A DNA stretch of 63,781 bases, filler included, from Octopus bimaculoides (lineage: Eukaryota), in the NCBI RefSeq assembly GCF_001194135.2. It is 8 parts of 8 records of this genome, joined end to end, with 100 filler letters (N's around TTAATTAATTAA, not from the genome) between each part and the next. Parts side by side here need not be neighbours in the genome. Positions count along the whole stretch, not along the records: positions 1 to 16,426 come from NC_068981.1; 7 more parts are not named here. The stretch is one strand, 5' to 3'. A program made the position numbers and the translations under genes. The notes below the pieces were generated by a model. The model ran no database searches. It was not told the origin of the DNA and was given only the letters and a program-made list of their open reading frames with translations. Shown piece by piece: positions 1 to 10,076 of the stretch (its first letter is position 1; every line of letters begins with the position of its first letter).

Positions 1-34
1 CTTCCTAACGCCAACCACTCAGAGAGTGTAGGGT

Positions 35-82
<48 letters not shown>

Positions 83-84
83 TA

Positions 85-248
85 CAACGGGCTTCTTTCA
101 GTTTCCGTCTACCAAATCCACTCACAAGGCTTTGGTCAGCCTGAGGCTATAGTAGAAGACACTTGCCCAAGGTGCCACGCAGTGGGACTGAACCCAGAAC
201 CATGTGGTTGGTAAGCAAGCTACTTACCTCACAGCCACTCCTGCGCCT
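85..248 (-). mobile_element. Major composite tRNA-derived SINE (family S1), 5' half
   Basis: Near-identical to copies at 2890-3052, 9015-9179 and 41218-41380; tRNA-like head with B box GGGTTCAGTCCC; preceded by (TA)n. Confidence 0.85.
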
Positions 249-502
249 ATGGATATATTTCCACAGTGAATTGATGGTGGTGAACTTTCCCTATGGTGAA
301 TTGATGACTGTGAACTAAACTGTAATCCTTCCCATCCTAACATGGCTGAGATGCTTTTCCTTTTGTTAGCTCTTACTTGTTTTACAGGTTTCCAACCAAT
401 AATGCTATTTTCACAAATGTTCGTTATAATCAAAGGTGTTCAGGTCTACAGTGTTCAATATGTACTTCATTTTGATGATGTTCTTTACTTTATATTCCAC
501 AG

Positions 503-654
503 GAATTGAGATGTTCCATCAAACTCTTGGTAAAAGTGAAGCTGGAGATCAGCTTGGTGCATTAATTCGTGGAGTGAAGCGTTACGATGTTCGACGTGGC
601 ATGTGCCTCTGCAAACCTAATACTGTCAGCATGTACAATAAAATTGAAGCCCAG
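503..654 (+). CDS. TUFM: Mitochondrial elongation factor Tu, internal exon (domain II/start of domain III); upstream exons lie outside the window
   Basis: ttccacAG acceptor, CCAG|GTAAAA donor; reads (G)IEMFHQTLGKSEAGDQLGALIRGVKRYDVRRGMCLCKPNTVSMYNKIEAQ, matching the EF-Tu GxEMF...AGD(N/Q)xGxLxRG motif; ends in phase 0. Confidence 0.96.
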
Positions 655-837
655 GTAAAAATTATAAAAATACACTTCATTTGTCAAAGGAGAGATTATT
701 TTGTTTGTCTTTTTATTGTGTTGTTGCTGCTGCTGTGGATTGACAGAATCATTAGAGCCTCAGACAAAATGCATTGCTGTATTTAGTTACAACTCTTTAC
801 ATTCTGAGTTCAAATCCTGCTGAGATCACTTTTGCTT

Positions 838-1375
838 TTTATCATCATTTAACGTCCACTTTCCATGCTAGCATGGGTTGGAGGATTTGACTGGGGACTG
901 GCAAACCAGATGGCTACACCAGACTCCAATTATATCTGGCAGAGTTTCTACAGCTGGATGCCCTTCCTAACGCCAACCACTCCGAGAGTATAGTGGGTGC
1001 TTTTTACGTGCCACCGGCATGAGGGCCAGTCCGGCGGTACTGGCAATGGCCACGCTCAAATGGTGTTTTTTACGTGCCACCTGCACAGGAGTCAGTCCAA
1101 TGTTTTGTTCACATGCCAGTAAGGCGAAGCTGGAAACGATTGCGCTCAAACGGTGCTTTTCACATGCCACCGGCACAGAAGCGAGACCGCTGCTCTGGCA
1201 GTGATCCCGCTCGGATGGTGCTGTTTGCGCTCCACTGGCACGGGTGCCAGTCATCGAATTTGGTTCAGTTTCGATCTCACTTGCCCCAACAGGTCTTCGC
1301 AAGCTGAGTTTAGTGTCCAATGAAGGAAGGTTGGCATGGATGCCAGTCATCGAATTTGGTTCAATTTCGATTTCG
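838..1375 (-). mobile_element. RTE-LINE 3' end/3' UTR with internally repeated motifs
   Basis: Minus strand ends ...GCATGGAAAGTGGACGTTAAATGATGAT, an RTE-type tail with (GAT)n; same tail at 1-35, 2150-2300 (+), 2500-2620, 7160-7245 and 12100-12150. Confidence 0.7.
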
Positions 1376-1556
1376 ATCGATAAAATAAAATACCAGTGAA
1401 GTATTAGAGTTGATATAATTGACTAACCCTGACCTACTCTCTAATTACTGGCCTTTTGCCTAAATTAAAAACAATTGTTGCTGTTGTTGTCATTGTTGTT
1501 GTCAGATGCAGAATGAATGGGTTCCTTGTGTGTAAGTCTGTATCAGCAACAAGTGC

Positions 1557-1870
1557 TTGCTTGGCACTGTTGGTTACGACAATGAGGGTTACACTTGATC
1601 CAATCGAGGGAACAGCCTGCTCGTGAAATTAATGTGCAAGTGGCCGAGCACTCCACAGACATGCATACCCTTAACATAGTTCTTGGAGATTCAGCGTGAC
1701 ACAGAGTGTGACAAGGCTTGGCCCTTTAAAATATAGGTACTAATTTTTGCCAGCTGAGTGGACTGGAGCAACGTAAAATAATGTGTCTTGCTCAAGGACA
1801 CAATGTGGAATTGAACTCATGACCTTACGATCATGAACCAAATGCCCTAACCACTAAGCCATGTACCTTC
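1557..1870 (-). mobile_element. tRNA-derived SINE (head + central module M1 + tail T1)
   Basis: A box TGGCTTAGTGG, B box GAGTTCAATTCC; central TGTGTCCTTGAGCAAGACAC...CTCCAGTCCACTCAGCTG; tail shared with 9704-9890. Confidence 0.8.
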
Positions 1871-2029
1871 ACACAGCAACAAGTAACCCAGAAGAAATGT
1901 GGTCATGAAAAGTTGTGTAACTTGAGGATACACCCTGTCACATCTTCACCACCATCCTCTTCCAACTGAGGTAACTATTGTTTCTCCCCTACAGCAAGAC
2001 ACCTGTTAGCGTCCCTCTATCATACTTTA

Positions 2030-2300
2030 ACCTCCCATCACCCAGCTCCCTCAATGCTACCTCCACCTCCCTCAATGCTATCTCCACCCTCAGTTGAGAG
2101 ATCTTATCTTGTGAGTTGCTCAGTGACCTCATTAGTGCCATGTAGTGATTGTGGTTGATGTTAAGAAGGGCAGCCAGTTGTAGAAATCATGCCAAAGAAG
2201 ACACTGGAGCTCAGTGCAGTCCTCTGGCTCTCCGTCTCCTGCCAAGCCATCTAACTCATACTAGCATGGAAAATAAACATTAAATGATGGTGATGATGAT
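2030..2300 (+). mobile_element. Diverged RTE-type 3' tail element
   Basis: AAGAAGGGCAGCCAGTTGTAGAAA...CTAGCATGGAAAATAAACATTAAATGATGGTGATGATG; inverted relative to 838-990. Confidence 0.65.
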
Positions 2301-2656
2301 GCTGCTGTAGGAAATAGAAAAATTCCAACAAATTAGGCTCAGGCTTTGTGAGATAGGACAGACAGTTCTGGGAGTTTTGGTGGTACTTCAAGGACTTCCA
2401 AAATAACAGCACACAGCTTATATCTCTCTTTGCTTTCTTGATAGAGATTACGAGATAGATGGTTTGACAGGAGCTGGCCAGCTGAGGAACTTCCCAGGTT
2501 CCAATAGTCTGTTTTGGTTTGGTTTCTATGGCCAGATGCCCTTCCTAACACCAACCACTCCACAGAGTGTACTGGGTGTTTTTTATATGGCACTGGCATG
2601 GATGCTTTTACGATGCAGAGGCACATTGCTTTCATGTGGCACTCTCTCTCTCTCTC

Positions 2657-3052
2657 TTTTACTCTTTTCTCTTTTACTTGTTTCAGTCATTTGACTGCGG
2701 CCATGCTGGAGCACCGCCTTTAGTCGAGAAAATCGACCCCGGGACTTATTCTTTGTAAGCCTAGTACTTATTCTACCAGTCTTTTTTTGCTGAACCGCTA
2801 AGTGACGGGGACATAAACACACCAGCATCAGTTATCAAGCAATGCTAGGGGGACAAACTTACACATACACACATATATATATACATATATACGACAGGCT
2901 TCTTTCAGTTTCTGTCTACCAAATCCACTCACAAGGCTTTGGTTGGCCCGAGGCTATAGTAGAAGACACTTACCCAAGGTGTCACGCAGTGGGACTGAAC
3001 CCGGAACCATGTGGCTAGTAAGCAAGCTACTTACCACACAGCCACTCCTGCA
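2657..3052 (-). mobile_element. Full-length S1 SINE with internal (CA)/(TA) microsatellite
   Basis: Head, body, microsatellite and tail with (CTCTTTTA)n terminal repeats; colinear with 8780-9179. Confidence 0.9.
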
Positions 3053-3289
3053 CTGTATATATTTGTTTCCAAAACGTGAATGGTTTACTTGTTGGAGCGG
3101 TAATTCTTTGATAGGTAGCTACTCTTCCTACCATCCAGCCATGAAACCAAGCAAACGTCACTTGTTCAAGAGTGTAACACAATGATTGTAGTAAGGGTTA
3201 AATTTATAACCACGTGGTGCATCATCTAGCATCCTGTACTTTTATGTAAATATTTATTTATTTATTATTACTTAAATTTATCATTCTAG

Positions 3290-3466
3290 ATCTATCTGTT
3301 AACAAAAGATGAAGGAGGGCGTTCCAAACCATTTACAAACTATTTCCAAACACAGATCTTCAGCCGAACTTGGGACTGTCCAAGTTTTATGTTGTTAGAC
3401 CAAAGTAAAGACATGATGATGCCCGGTGAAGATGGGAAAGTTGTTTTCAACCTCTTCAAAAAAATG
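3290..3466 (+). CDS. TUFM: Mitochondrial EF-Tu, penultimate coding exon (domain III); absent from the ORF track
   Basis: tcattctAG acceptor, ATG|GTAAAT donor; 177 nt, phase 0-0: IYLLTKDEGGRSKPFTNYFQTQIFSRTWDCPSFMLLDQSKDMMMPGEDGKVVFNLFKKM (EF-Tu YxLxKxEGGR, FSRTWD, MPGED motifs). Confidence 0.96.
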
Positions 3467-3561
3467 GTAAATTGTTACTGATATTATTATTATTATTATT
3501 ATTTTTATTATGTTTTGGCTTTGCTTTAATTTATACAACCTGCACCTAGGTCGCATTATTA

Positions 3562-4170
3562 TTATTAAAGACGACAAACTGGCAGAATTGTTTGCACACT
3601 GGGCAAAATGCTTAATGGTATTTTGTCCATCTTTATATACTCTCTTTTACTCTTTGACTTGTTTCAGTGATTTGACTGTGGCCATGATGGAGCACCACCT
3701 TTAGTCGAGCAAATTGACCCCAGGACTTATTCTTTGGAAGCTTAGTACTTATTCTATCGGTCTCTTTTTGCCAAACTGCTAAGTTACGGGGAAGTAAACA
3801 CACCAGCATCGGTTGTCAAGCAGCATTGGGGGGACAAACACAGACACACAAACATACACACACACATACATATATTTTCGACGGGCTTCTTTCAGTTTCC
3901 TTCTACCAAATCGATCGACCCAAGGCTATAGTAGAAGACACTTGCCCAAGGTGCCACACAGTGGGACTGAACCCAGAACCATGTGGTTGGTAAGCAAGCT
4001 ACTTACCACACAGCCACTCCTACGCCTATATGCTGAGTTCAAATTCTGCAGAGGTTAACTTTACCTTTCATCCCTTCCAGGTCGATAAAATATCAGTTGA
4101 GTACTGGGGTTGATGTAATCAATGAGTCCCCTCCCCCAAAATTTCAAGCATTATGCCTATAGTAAAAGGG

Positions 4171-4203
<33 letters not shown>

Positions 4204-4215
4204 GTTATTGTTATT
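3562..4215 (+). mobile_element. tRNA-derived SINE family S2 with (ATT)n tail, split by an S1 insertion at 3641-4028
   Basis: Head ...CTGGCAGAATTGTTTGCAC... at 3562-3635 resumes at 4030 as CTGAGTTCAAATTC; an uninterrupted copy lies at 7985-8190. Confidence 0.75.
3641..4028 (-). mobile_element. Full-length S1 SINE nested in an S2 SINE
   Basis: Colinear with the other S1 copies. Confidence 0.9.
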
Positions 4216-4221
4216 GTTATT

Positions 4222-4795
4222 GTTATTATTATTATTATTGAGTGAGAGAGCAGTGCATGCCACCAAACTGACACTGGGGTAAAATATACAAAGCCCAGTA
4301 TATCCATCACGACTACCCGTTTGATAAGGGTACACCGGGCACATGCATCACAACCATATGTGCGCAACATGGTGATTGCATATCAAGATTAACAGTGCAT
4401 GCCCTTGTAGGTGGGGCCCAGTTAGAATTTTCTTCAGGTTGAGTAGCGCAACCTGCTCAAAAGGTCTCTGAATAAGGGTTGTTTAAGGATGTTGAGTGAA
4501 ACCCCCATGTTTCCGGAGGTGAATTATCCAAACCCCAACGAATTACTCTCAACACATGGCTATGATGCTGCCCAACTACTTCTGCTTGTAATCAGAGATG
4601 CACATATCAGCCACTAAGGGACATGTTTAACTGGTTAAGGTCAAACAACTGACAAGCAAATCTGTGGTATTGAGCAGAATATTTGCTCTAGCCCATCATT
4701 TATACCAATACGAATCAATGTACATGATAACACTTCCAATCAGTTAAGATCAGAAGCCATAAGAGCCAGTGCCTGGTACTGCATCAGGACATTTA
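4222..4795. repeat. Unclassified interspersed-repeat-like block adjoining (ATT)n
   Basis: GC-richer, non-coding, microsatellite-flanked; single copy in this window, so assignment is inference. Confidence 0.35.
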
Positions 4796-4796
4796 T

Positions 4797-5090
4797 TAAT
4801 ACCTCTGCCTTAGCGAAGGTGGGAGTATTGTTTTCAGTCGTGTTTGTTTGTCCGTGGACAAGATATTACAAGAACCACTGGATGGATTTGGATGAAACTT
4901 TGAGAGATGTTTGTCTACATGACTGGCACAAACTGATTAGGTTTTGAGATCAATCCAGTACTGGATTATTTTTCTGGTTATTTTACTTAATTTTTGAGAG
5001 CAGTCAGGTTCATTTTTAGTATTCTCGTTTGTGAGAGTAGTCGAGTTTATTTCAGATATTCTCATTTTAAAAATCATCTGACTGAGGGTA
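4797..5090 (+). mobile_element. Non-autonomous element resembling Helentron/DINE-type repeats
   Basis: Starts TAATACCTCTGCCTTAGCGAAGG...GTTTGTTTGTCCGT...GGATTTGGATGAAACTT, an architecture typical of these elements; family assignment from memory. Confidence 0.4.
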
Positions 5091-5164
5091 CTGAATAGCA
5101 TGTATGTTGCTAGAAATAAGAGTTAAAATTCTTAAAGTTGCATAAGGGGACAGTAACACACAAG

Positions 5165-5201
<37 letters not shown>

Positions 5202-5205
5202 TTAT

Positions 5206-5453
5206 TTGTATACTGCCAACTTAACGTGACAGTCCCAATAAGGGAATATACTATTGCTTTTTAGCCCTGGGAAGCTGGACCGCTTCCTATTAGGCCTTGA
5301 CACATTTCCTGTGCCCTTATCCTTGCGAGGGGGAGAAAAACTCCTCCACCCAGCTGAGCCTGCATTCAGGGACATGTTTCTGAGTCTTTGCTCGTCATCA
5401 GCCTGAAGTATATTCCCTTATTGGGACTGTCACGTTAAGTTGGCGGTATACAA
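5206..5453 (-). mobile_element. 248-bp fold-back element (47-bp inverted arms) containing a hammerhead motif
   Basis: Arms 5206-5252 and 5407-5453 are complementary at 46/47 positions, the remaining one a G-U wobble. Confidence 0.85.
5365..5407 (-). ncRNA. Minimal type-I hammerhead ribozyme motif
   Basis: TTCAGG-CTGATGA-C-GAG caaaga CTC-A-GAAA-CATG-TC^CCTGAA: 6-bp stem I, intact core, palindromic ACAUGU stem III, GUC triplet; C/A mismatch at the base of stem II. Confidence 0.7.
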
Positions 5454-5698
5454 CTATTTTATCGCATCACTACTGCTTAAGTCTCTCTGAGAGATTTAGA
5501 AATCTATTATTTCTAATTTATATTATTATTATTATTATTATTATTTAAGTCCATTCTTTTAAGTCAGATGGAATTTGTTGAAGCAAATATTCTTGCTGTC
5601 AACCCCCACTTGTTTCCAAATTAGGTAATATTTCTCCATGGCAGGACATGTTTTTATAGAAAACTGGAAACAAATAACATCGCTTGTATGACAGTAAC

Positions 5699-5940
5699 AC
5701 TCTTTTACTCTTTTACTTGTTTCAGTCATTTGACTGTGGCCATGCTGTAGCACCACCTTTAGTCGAGCAAATCGACCCCAGGACTTATTCTTTGTAAGCC
5801 TAATACTTATTCTATCGGTCTCTTTTGCCGAGCTGCTAGGTTACGGAGACGTAAACACACCAGCATCAGTTGTCAAGTGATGTTGTGGGGACAAACACAG
5901 ACACACAAACATACACACACACATATATATATATATATAT
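5699..5940 (-). mobile_element. S1 SINE, 3' half ending at the internal microsatellite
   Basis: High identity to 2657-2880 and 8780-9010. Confidence 0.85.
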
Positions 5941-6205
5941 AAATAATGATGGTTATGTGCATGTGTGTAAAATAAATTGCTACAATTTTGACATAAATGA
6001 TAAACATTATATCAATCTTACCATTAATTTGAAATGAAAAAGAGAAAATAAAGAGTTTATTTATTTATGTATGTATGTGTTATTTACCCTTTTTTTATAT
6101 ATATATTTTCTTTTGTATTATATACTAACGCTATTTCCTCCTTTTCTTTTTTTTGACTCTGTCTTGTTCTTCTCATCACCCTATCCCTGTTTCCTGTTAT
6201 TTCAG

Positions 6206-6337
6206 GCGCTTGAGAAAGGACAACGCTTCACATTAAGAGCATCTGGAGTGACACTTGGATTTGGTGTAATCAGTGACGTTCTGCCTGATTATGACCCAGC
6301 AGAAATGGATAAGAAATTACGGCAAAAAGACAAATGA
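6206..6337 (+). CDS. TUFM: Mitochondrial EF-Tu, last coding exon
   Basis: Long polypyrimidine tract then ttatttcAG; ALEKGQRFTLRASGVTLGFGVISDVLPDYDPAEMDKKLRQKDK*; in frame with the previous exon. Confidence 0.96.
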   Translation, partial: ALEKGQRFTLRASGVTLGFGVISDVLPDYDPAEMDKKLRQKDK

Positions 6338-6455
6338 ACATTGTAAGATCAAATGTGGAAGATAATCATTACAAAATACAAAAAAGGGAGATGGATGACA
6401 ACTCAAATAACAACTGTTTAGGGTATCATTTTTCAGTGTAGTGTACACCAAATTC

Positions 6456-6473
6456 ATTAAACATTGCAATAAA
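6456..6473 (+). promoter_or_regulatory. TUFM polyadenylation signals (ATTAAA 6456-6461, AATAAA 6468-6473)
   Basis: About 120-130 nt after the stop, followed by a T/GT-rich downstream tract. Confidence 0.75.
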
Positions 6474-7243
6474 GTTTGATTTTTTTTATAAACTAGTTAT
6501 ATAAACTATGTTTTGTTTTTATTTCTTTGTTCTTTGGCTCTTTTGTTTCTTGTTCCAACTTGACCAGAATCTGTGATTTTAAATTAAAAACCTTGCCAAC
6601 AAAAATGTCTGTATGTTGTTGTTTGATCAGCTAGAAACAGCAACTGAATCACTCACAAATTACATCTTACTGTCTTAGAAAATAATTAGGTCACGATAGA
6701 TTGTGTAGTCCTGAATACAATATGCCTTTAAAAAAATGGGATGGCCACAACTGGAATGTGTTTAATCAGGATCAAGCTGATTTGGGGTGAAACAATAACT
6801 TGAGCCAAACAGTTGACTCTATGTTATCATTTGATCCGTTGATCGGATCAATTGGAACCCTTGATGCCGTAAGCGACGGAGTGCCAACCCCTAATGTTCT
6901 TTACCATTAATCATGTTAACTCTAAATCGCCTAGGTCCAGACATGGTTGTATGGTTTCCTAACCCTATAGTTTGGGGTTCTGTTTTCTTAGGCAAATGTC
7001 ATCTGTTATAGTCCTAAGTTGACCAAAGCCTTGTGAGAATCTGGTGCTCATGTGGTACTTATTTTAGTGACCCTGAAAGGATGAAGGGCAAAGTTGATCC
7101 CAGTGACATTTGAACTCACATTGCAAAGTCAGAAGAACTTTATGCTATAGGGAAATTTGAAATGGGTGAGGGTTGATGACAGGAAGGGCATCCATCAGAC
7201 CCATGCAAGCATGAATAAGTGAACATTAAAATGATGATGATGA

Positions 7244-7420
7244 CTGTTTCATATGAGTGGTGCTGAAAAGTCCTTGGCTTTAAGAGGATCGCGAAAGGTC
7301 TGGTTGGAAGCCCAACTTTCCAAGTTCTTTTACAGGACTTAAAAAAACTGAAGGACCACTGCGATAAGTGTATAAATCTAATAGGGGAATATGTTGAATA
7401 AAATAATTAACTGATCTTCC
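7244..7420 (+). mobile_element. Mariner-derived short element, partial
   Basis: TIR-like TATGAGTGGTGCTGAAAAGT; reads ...LKKLKDHCDKCINLIGEYVE*, like the mariner C-terminus KCxxxxGxYVE; homologous to 19174-19397. Confidence 0.7.
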
Positions 7421-7555
7421 TGCATTTTCTTTTACCCAAAGTCAAGAACTTTGGTTCCTATGCAGTACACTCATTGAACATAAAGCCTTATGCCAGCATG
7501 GAGAAATGGATGTTAAATTCCTGTCATAATTATAAAGAGACTAGTTAGAGAGTGT

Positions 7556-7858
7556 GGAGGCACATGGCCTAGTGGTTAGAGCAATGGACTCACAGTTGAG
7601 GGATTGCAGGTTTGAATCTCAGACTGGGTGATATGTGTGTTTATGTGTGAAACACCTAAGCTCCATGTGACTCCAGCAGAAGGTAATGGCAAATTTCTGC
7701 TAACTCTTTTGCCACAACTTTCACTCTTTCCTCCTGCATCTAGCAGCTTACCTGTGACGGACTGGCATCCCATCCAGGTGGAGAACCTATCTGCGAATGA
7801 AACAGGGAAACCAGCCCTTATGAGCCATGCATGGCTCAAGAAGGAACAAACAACAATA
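7556..7858 (+). mobile_element. tRNA-derived SINE (head + module M2 + tail T2)
   Basis: GGAGGCACATGGCCTAGTGGTTAGAGC head; central part homologous to 9895-10010; different 3' tail ending in (CAA)n-like repeats. Confidence 0.8.
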
Positions 7859-7984
7859 GAGAGTGAGGATCAGCTGCAATTGCTGCATGTCCAGTGACAG
7901 TTCTGATAGAACAATATCTTCTACATTTGAGAATATACAATGTGATTATAATGCTGTTTTTCAATATAAGAGAGACATAAAGCA

Positions 7985-8190
7985 GCGAGCTGGCAGAAAT
8001 GTTAGCATGCTGGGCAAAATGCTTGGCGGTATTTCATCTGTCTTTACATTCTGAGTTCAAATTCTGCCAAGGTCAACTTTGCCTTTCAGGGTTGATAAAT
8101 TAAAGACCAGTTGAGTACTGGGGTCGATCTAATCGACTGGCCCACTCCCCAAATAATTTCAGGTCTTGTACCTAGAATAGAAAAGAAAAT
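7985..8190 (+). mobile_element. S2 SINE
   Basis: GAGCTGGCAGAAATGTTAGC...CTGAGTTCAAATTC...GTCGAT; followed tail-to-tail by a diverged minus-strand relative at 8210-8410. Confidence 0.8.
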
Positions 8191-8538
8191 AAGAGAGACA
8201 GAATATTGGTTTCAAATTTTGTCACAAGGCCAGCAACTTTGGAGCAGGAGGTAAGTTGATTACATTGCTCCACTGGTACTTATTTTATCAACTCCAAAAC
8301 AATAAAAAGCTAAGTCGACCCCATTGGCATTTGAACTCAGAACGTGAAGTTGGAAATATAGCTACAGAGCATTATCTTGTATGGTAACAATTCTGCCAGC
8401 TTGCTGGCTTACTTTATGCAAAAATATTTCAGAGATTGTTATTTTAAACTTAAAGATAAATTTCTGTATCTATAAACTTAATTCTTTGCTATGTTTTCTA
8501 AGGGATATTGAGGTATAAAAAAAATAATAAGTACTTAA

Positions 8539-8580
<42 letters not shown>

Positions 8581-8586
8581 AAATAA

Positions 8587-8622
8587 GATCTGAAGAAGGA
8601 ATTCTAATTCCGAAATATCATC
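8587..8622 (+). ncRNA. Minimal hammerhead-like motif with a short stem I
   Basis: GAT-CTGAAGA-A-GGAAT tcta ATTCC-GAAA-TA-TC^ATC: intact core, perfect 5-bp stem II, 3-bp stem I, loopless palindromic AUAU stem III. Confidence 0.5.
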
Positions 8623-8779
8623 GGACTATAGATATAGTCCATTTTTTGTTCTATAGTGCATTGTTATACCTTTCTAAACTTTTTATTCTTTACAAACAAT
8701 ACACAATGCTTCAAGCGAACTACAGTACTCTCTTATATNNNNNNNNNNNNNNNNNNNNNNNNNNNNNNNNNNNNNNNNN

Positions 8780-9179
8780 CTCTTTTACTTGTTTCAGTCA
8801 TTTGACTGCGGCCATGCTGGAGCACCACCTTTAGTCGAGCAAATCGACGCCAGGACTTATTCTTTGGATGCCTAGTACTTATTCTATCAGTCTCTTTTGC
8901 CGAACCGCTAAGTTACAGGGACATAAACACACCAGCATCGGTTGTCAAGCGATGTTGGGGGGACAAACACAGACACACAAACATATACACACACATACAT
9001 ATATATACATATATACGACAGGCTTCTTTCAGTTTCCGTCTACCAAATCCACTCACAAGGCTTTAGTCGGCCCGAGGCTATAGTAGAAGACACTTACCCA
9101 AGGTGCCACGCAGTGGGAATGAACCAGGAACCATGTGGTTCGTAAGCTAGCTACTTACCACACAGCCACTCCTGCGCCT
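8780..9179 (-). mobile_element. Full-length, young-looking S1 SINE
   Basis: Complete head/body/microsatellite/tail; closest to the apparent consensus of the window copies. Confidence 0.9.
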
Positions 9180-9703
9180 ATATATATATATTTATGATCC
9201 CTAGAACTTAGCCAGAGTTCAAGTCAGTTTCTATAATATGCAAGGAACTCCTCTAAACAGGAATCCAGTCCACTGTGGAGTTAACTTCCCAGCTATTTCT
9301 GAAATAGCTACTCGACCTGTTAGCATCCAAATACCCATCAAATCTACCTTTACTCTATGAACTAAGGAAAGATACGTTACATAAAGAAGTCTAGAATACA
9401 TTATCTGAATATAAATATGATAGTCATAACCGGAATGCTTTTATTATAGGTCTGTTTGGTCACAGCTTACTTGCAGTTAAACAGCTTAGATGGTAGAGCC
9501 ACTGCATGAAACCGCCACTCACAATAGCACGTCTGCTTGACATATCAACTAAATCTCCCTCAAGTCACACTCACCCACCCTTAATAAATTGGAAGGACAA
9601 TCTAAATAATGTACACAATTATTCACGATACACAAATCCTAAAATCAAAATGGTGAGGTAATGACTGGAAATCTTTTGATCATACGCTCACTCGATCAGA
9701 ATT

Positions 9704-10076
9704 GTTGTTGTTGGCACTCCGTCGCTTACGACGTCGAGGGTTCCAGTTGATCCGATCAACGGAACAGCCTGCTCGTGAAATTAACGTGCAAGTGGCTGAG
9801 CACTCCACAGACACGTGTACCCTTAACGTAGTTCTCGGGGAGAGTCAGCGTGACACAGTGTGACAAGGCTGACCCTTTGAATTACAGGCACAACAGAAAC
9901 AGGAAGAAAGAGTGAGAGAAGGTTGTGGCGAAAGAGTACAGCAGGGTTCGTCACCATCCCCTGCAGGAGCCGCGTGGAGCTTTAGGTGTTTTCGCTCAAT
10001 AAATACTCACAACGCCCGCTCTGGAAATCAAAACCGCGAGTCCGTTGCCCTAACCACTGGGCCATTGCGCCTCCAC
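9704..10076 (-). mobile_element. tRNA-derived SINE (head + M2 + T1) with an 11-bp TSD
   Basis: Direct repeat CGATCAGAATT at 9693-9703 and 10077-10087; A box TGGCCCAGTGG; (CAA)n tail. Confidence 0.92.

Noticed and set aside
436-786. 116-aa ORF as a complete gene
   Set aside because: Only 503-654 is exon; the rest is intron read-through. The same applies to ORF 6071-6337 before 6206.
7985-8410. Adjacent inverted S2-type SINE pair as a dsRNA hairpin
   Set aside because: Copies look like different, well-diverged subfamilies and lie beyond the TUFM poly(A) site
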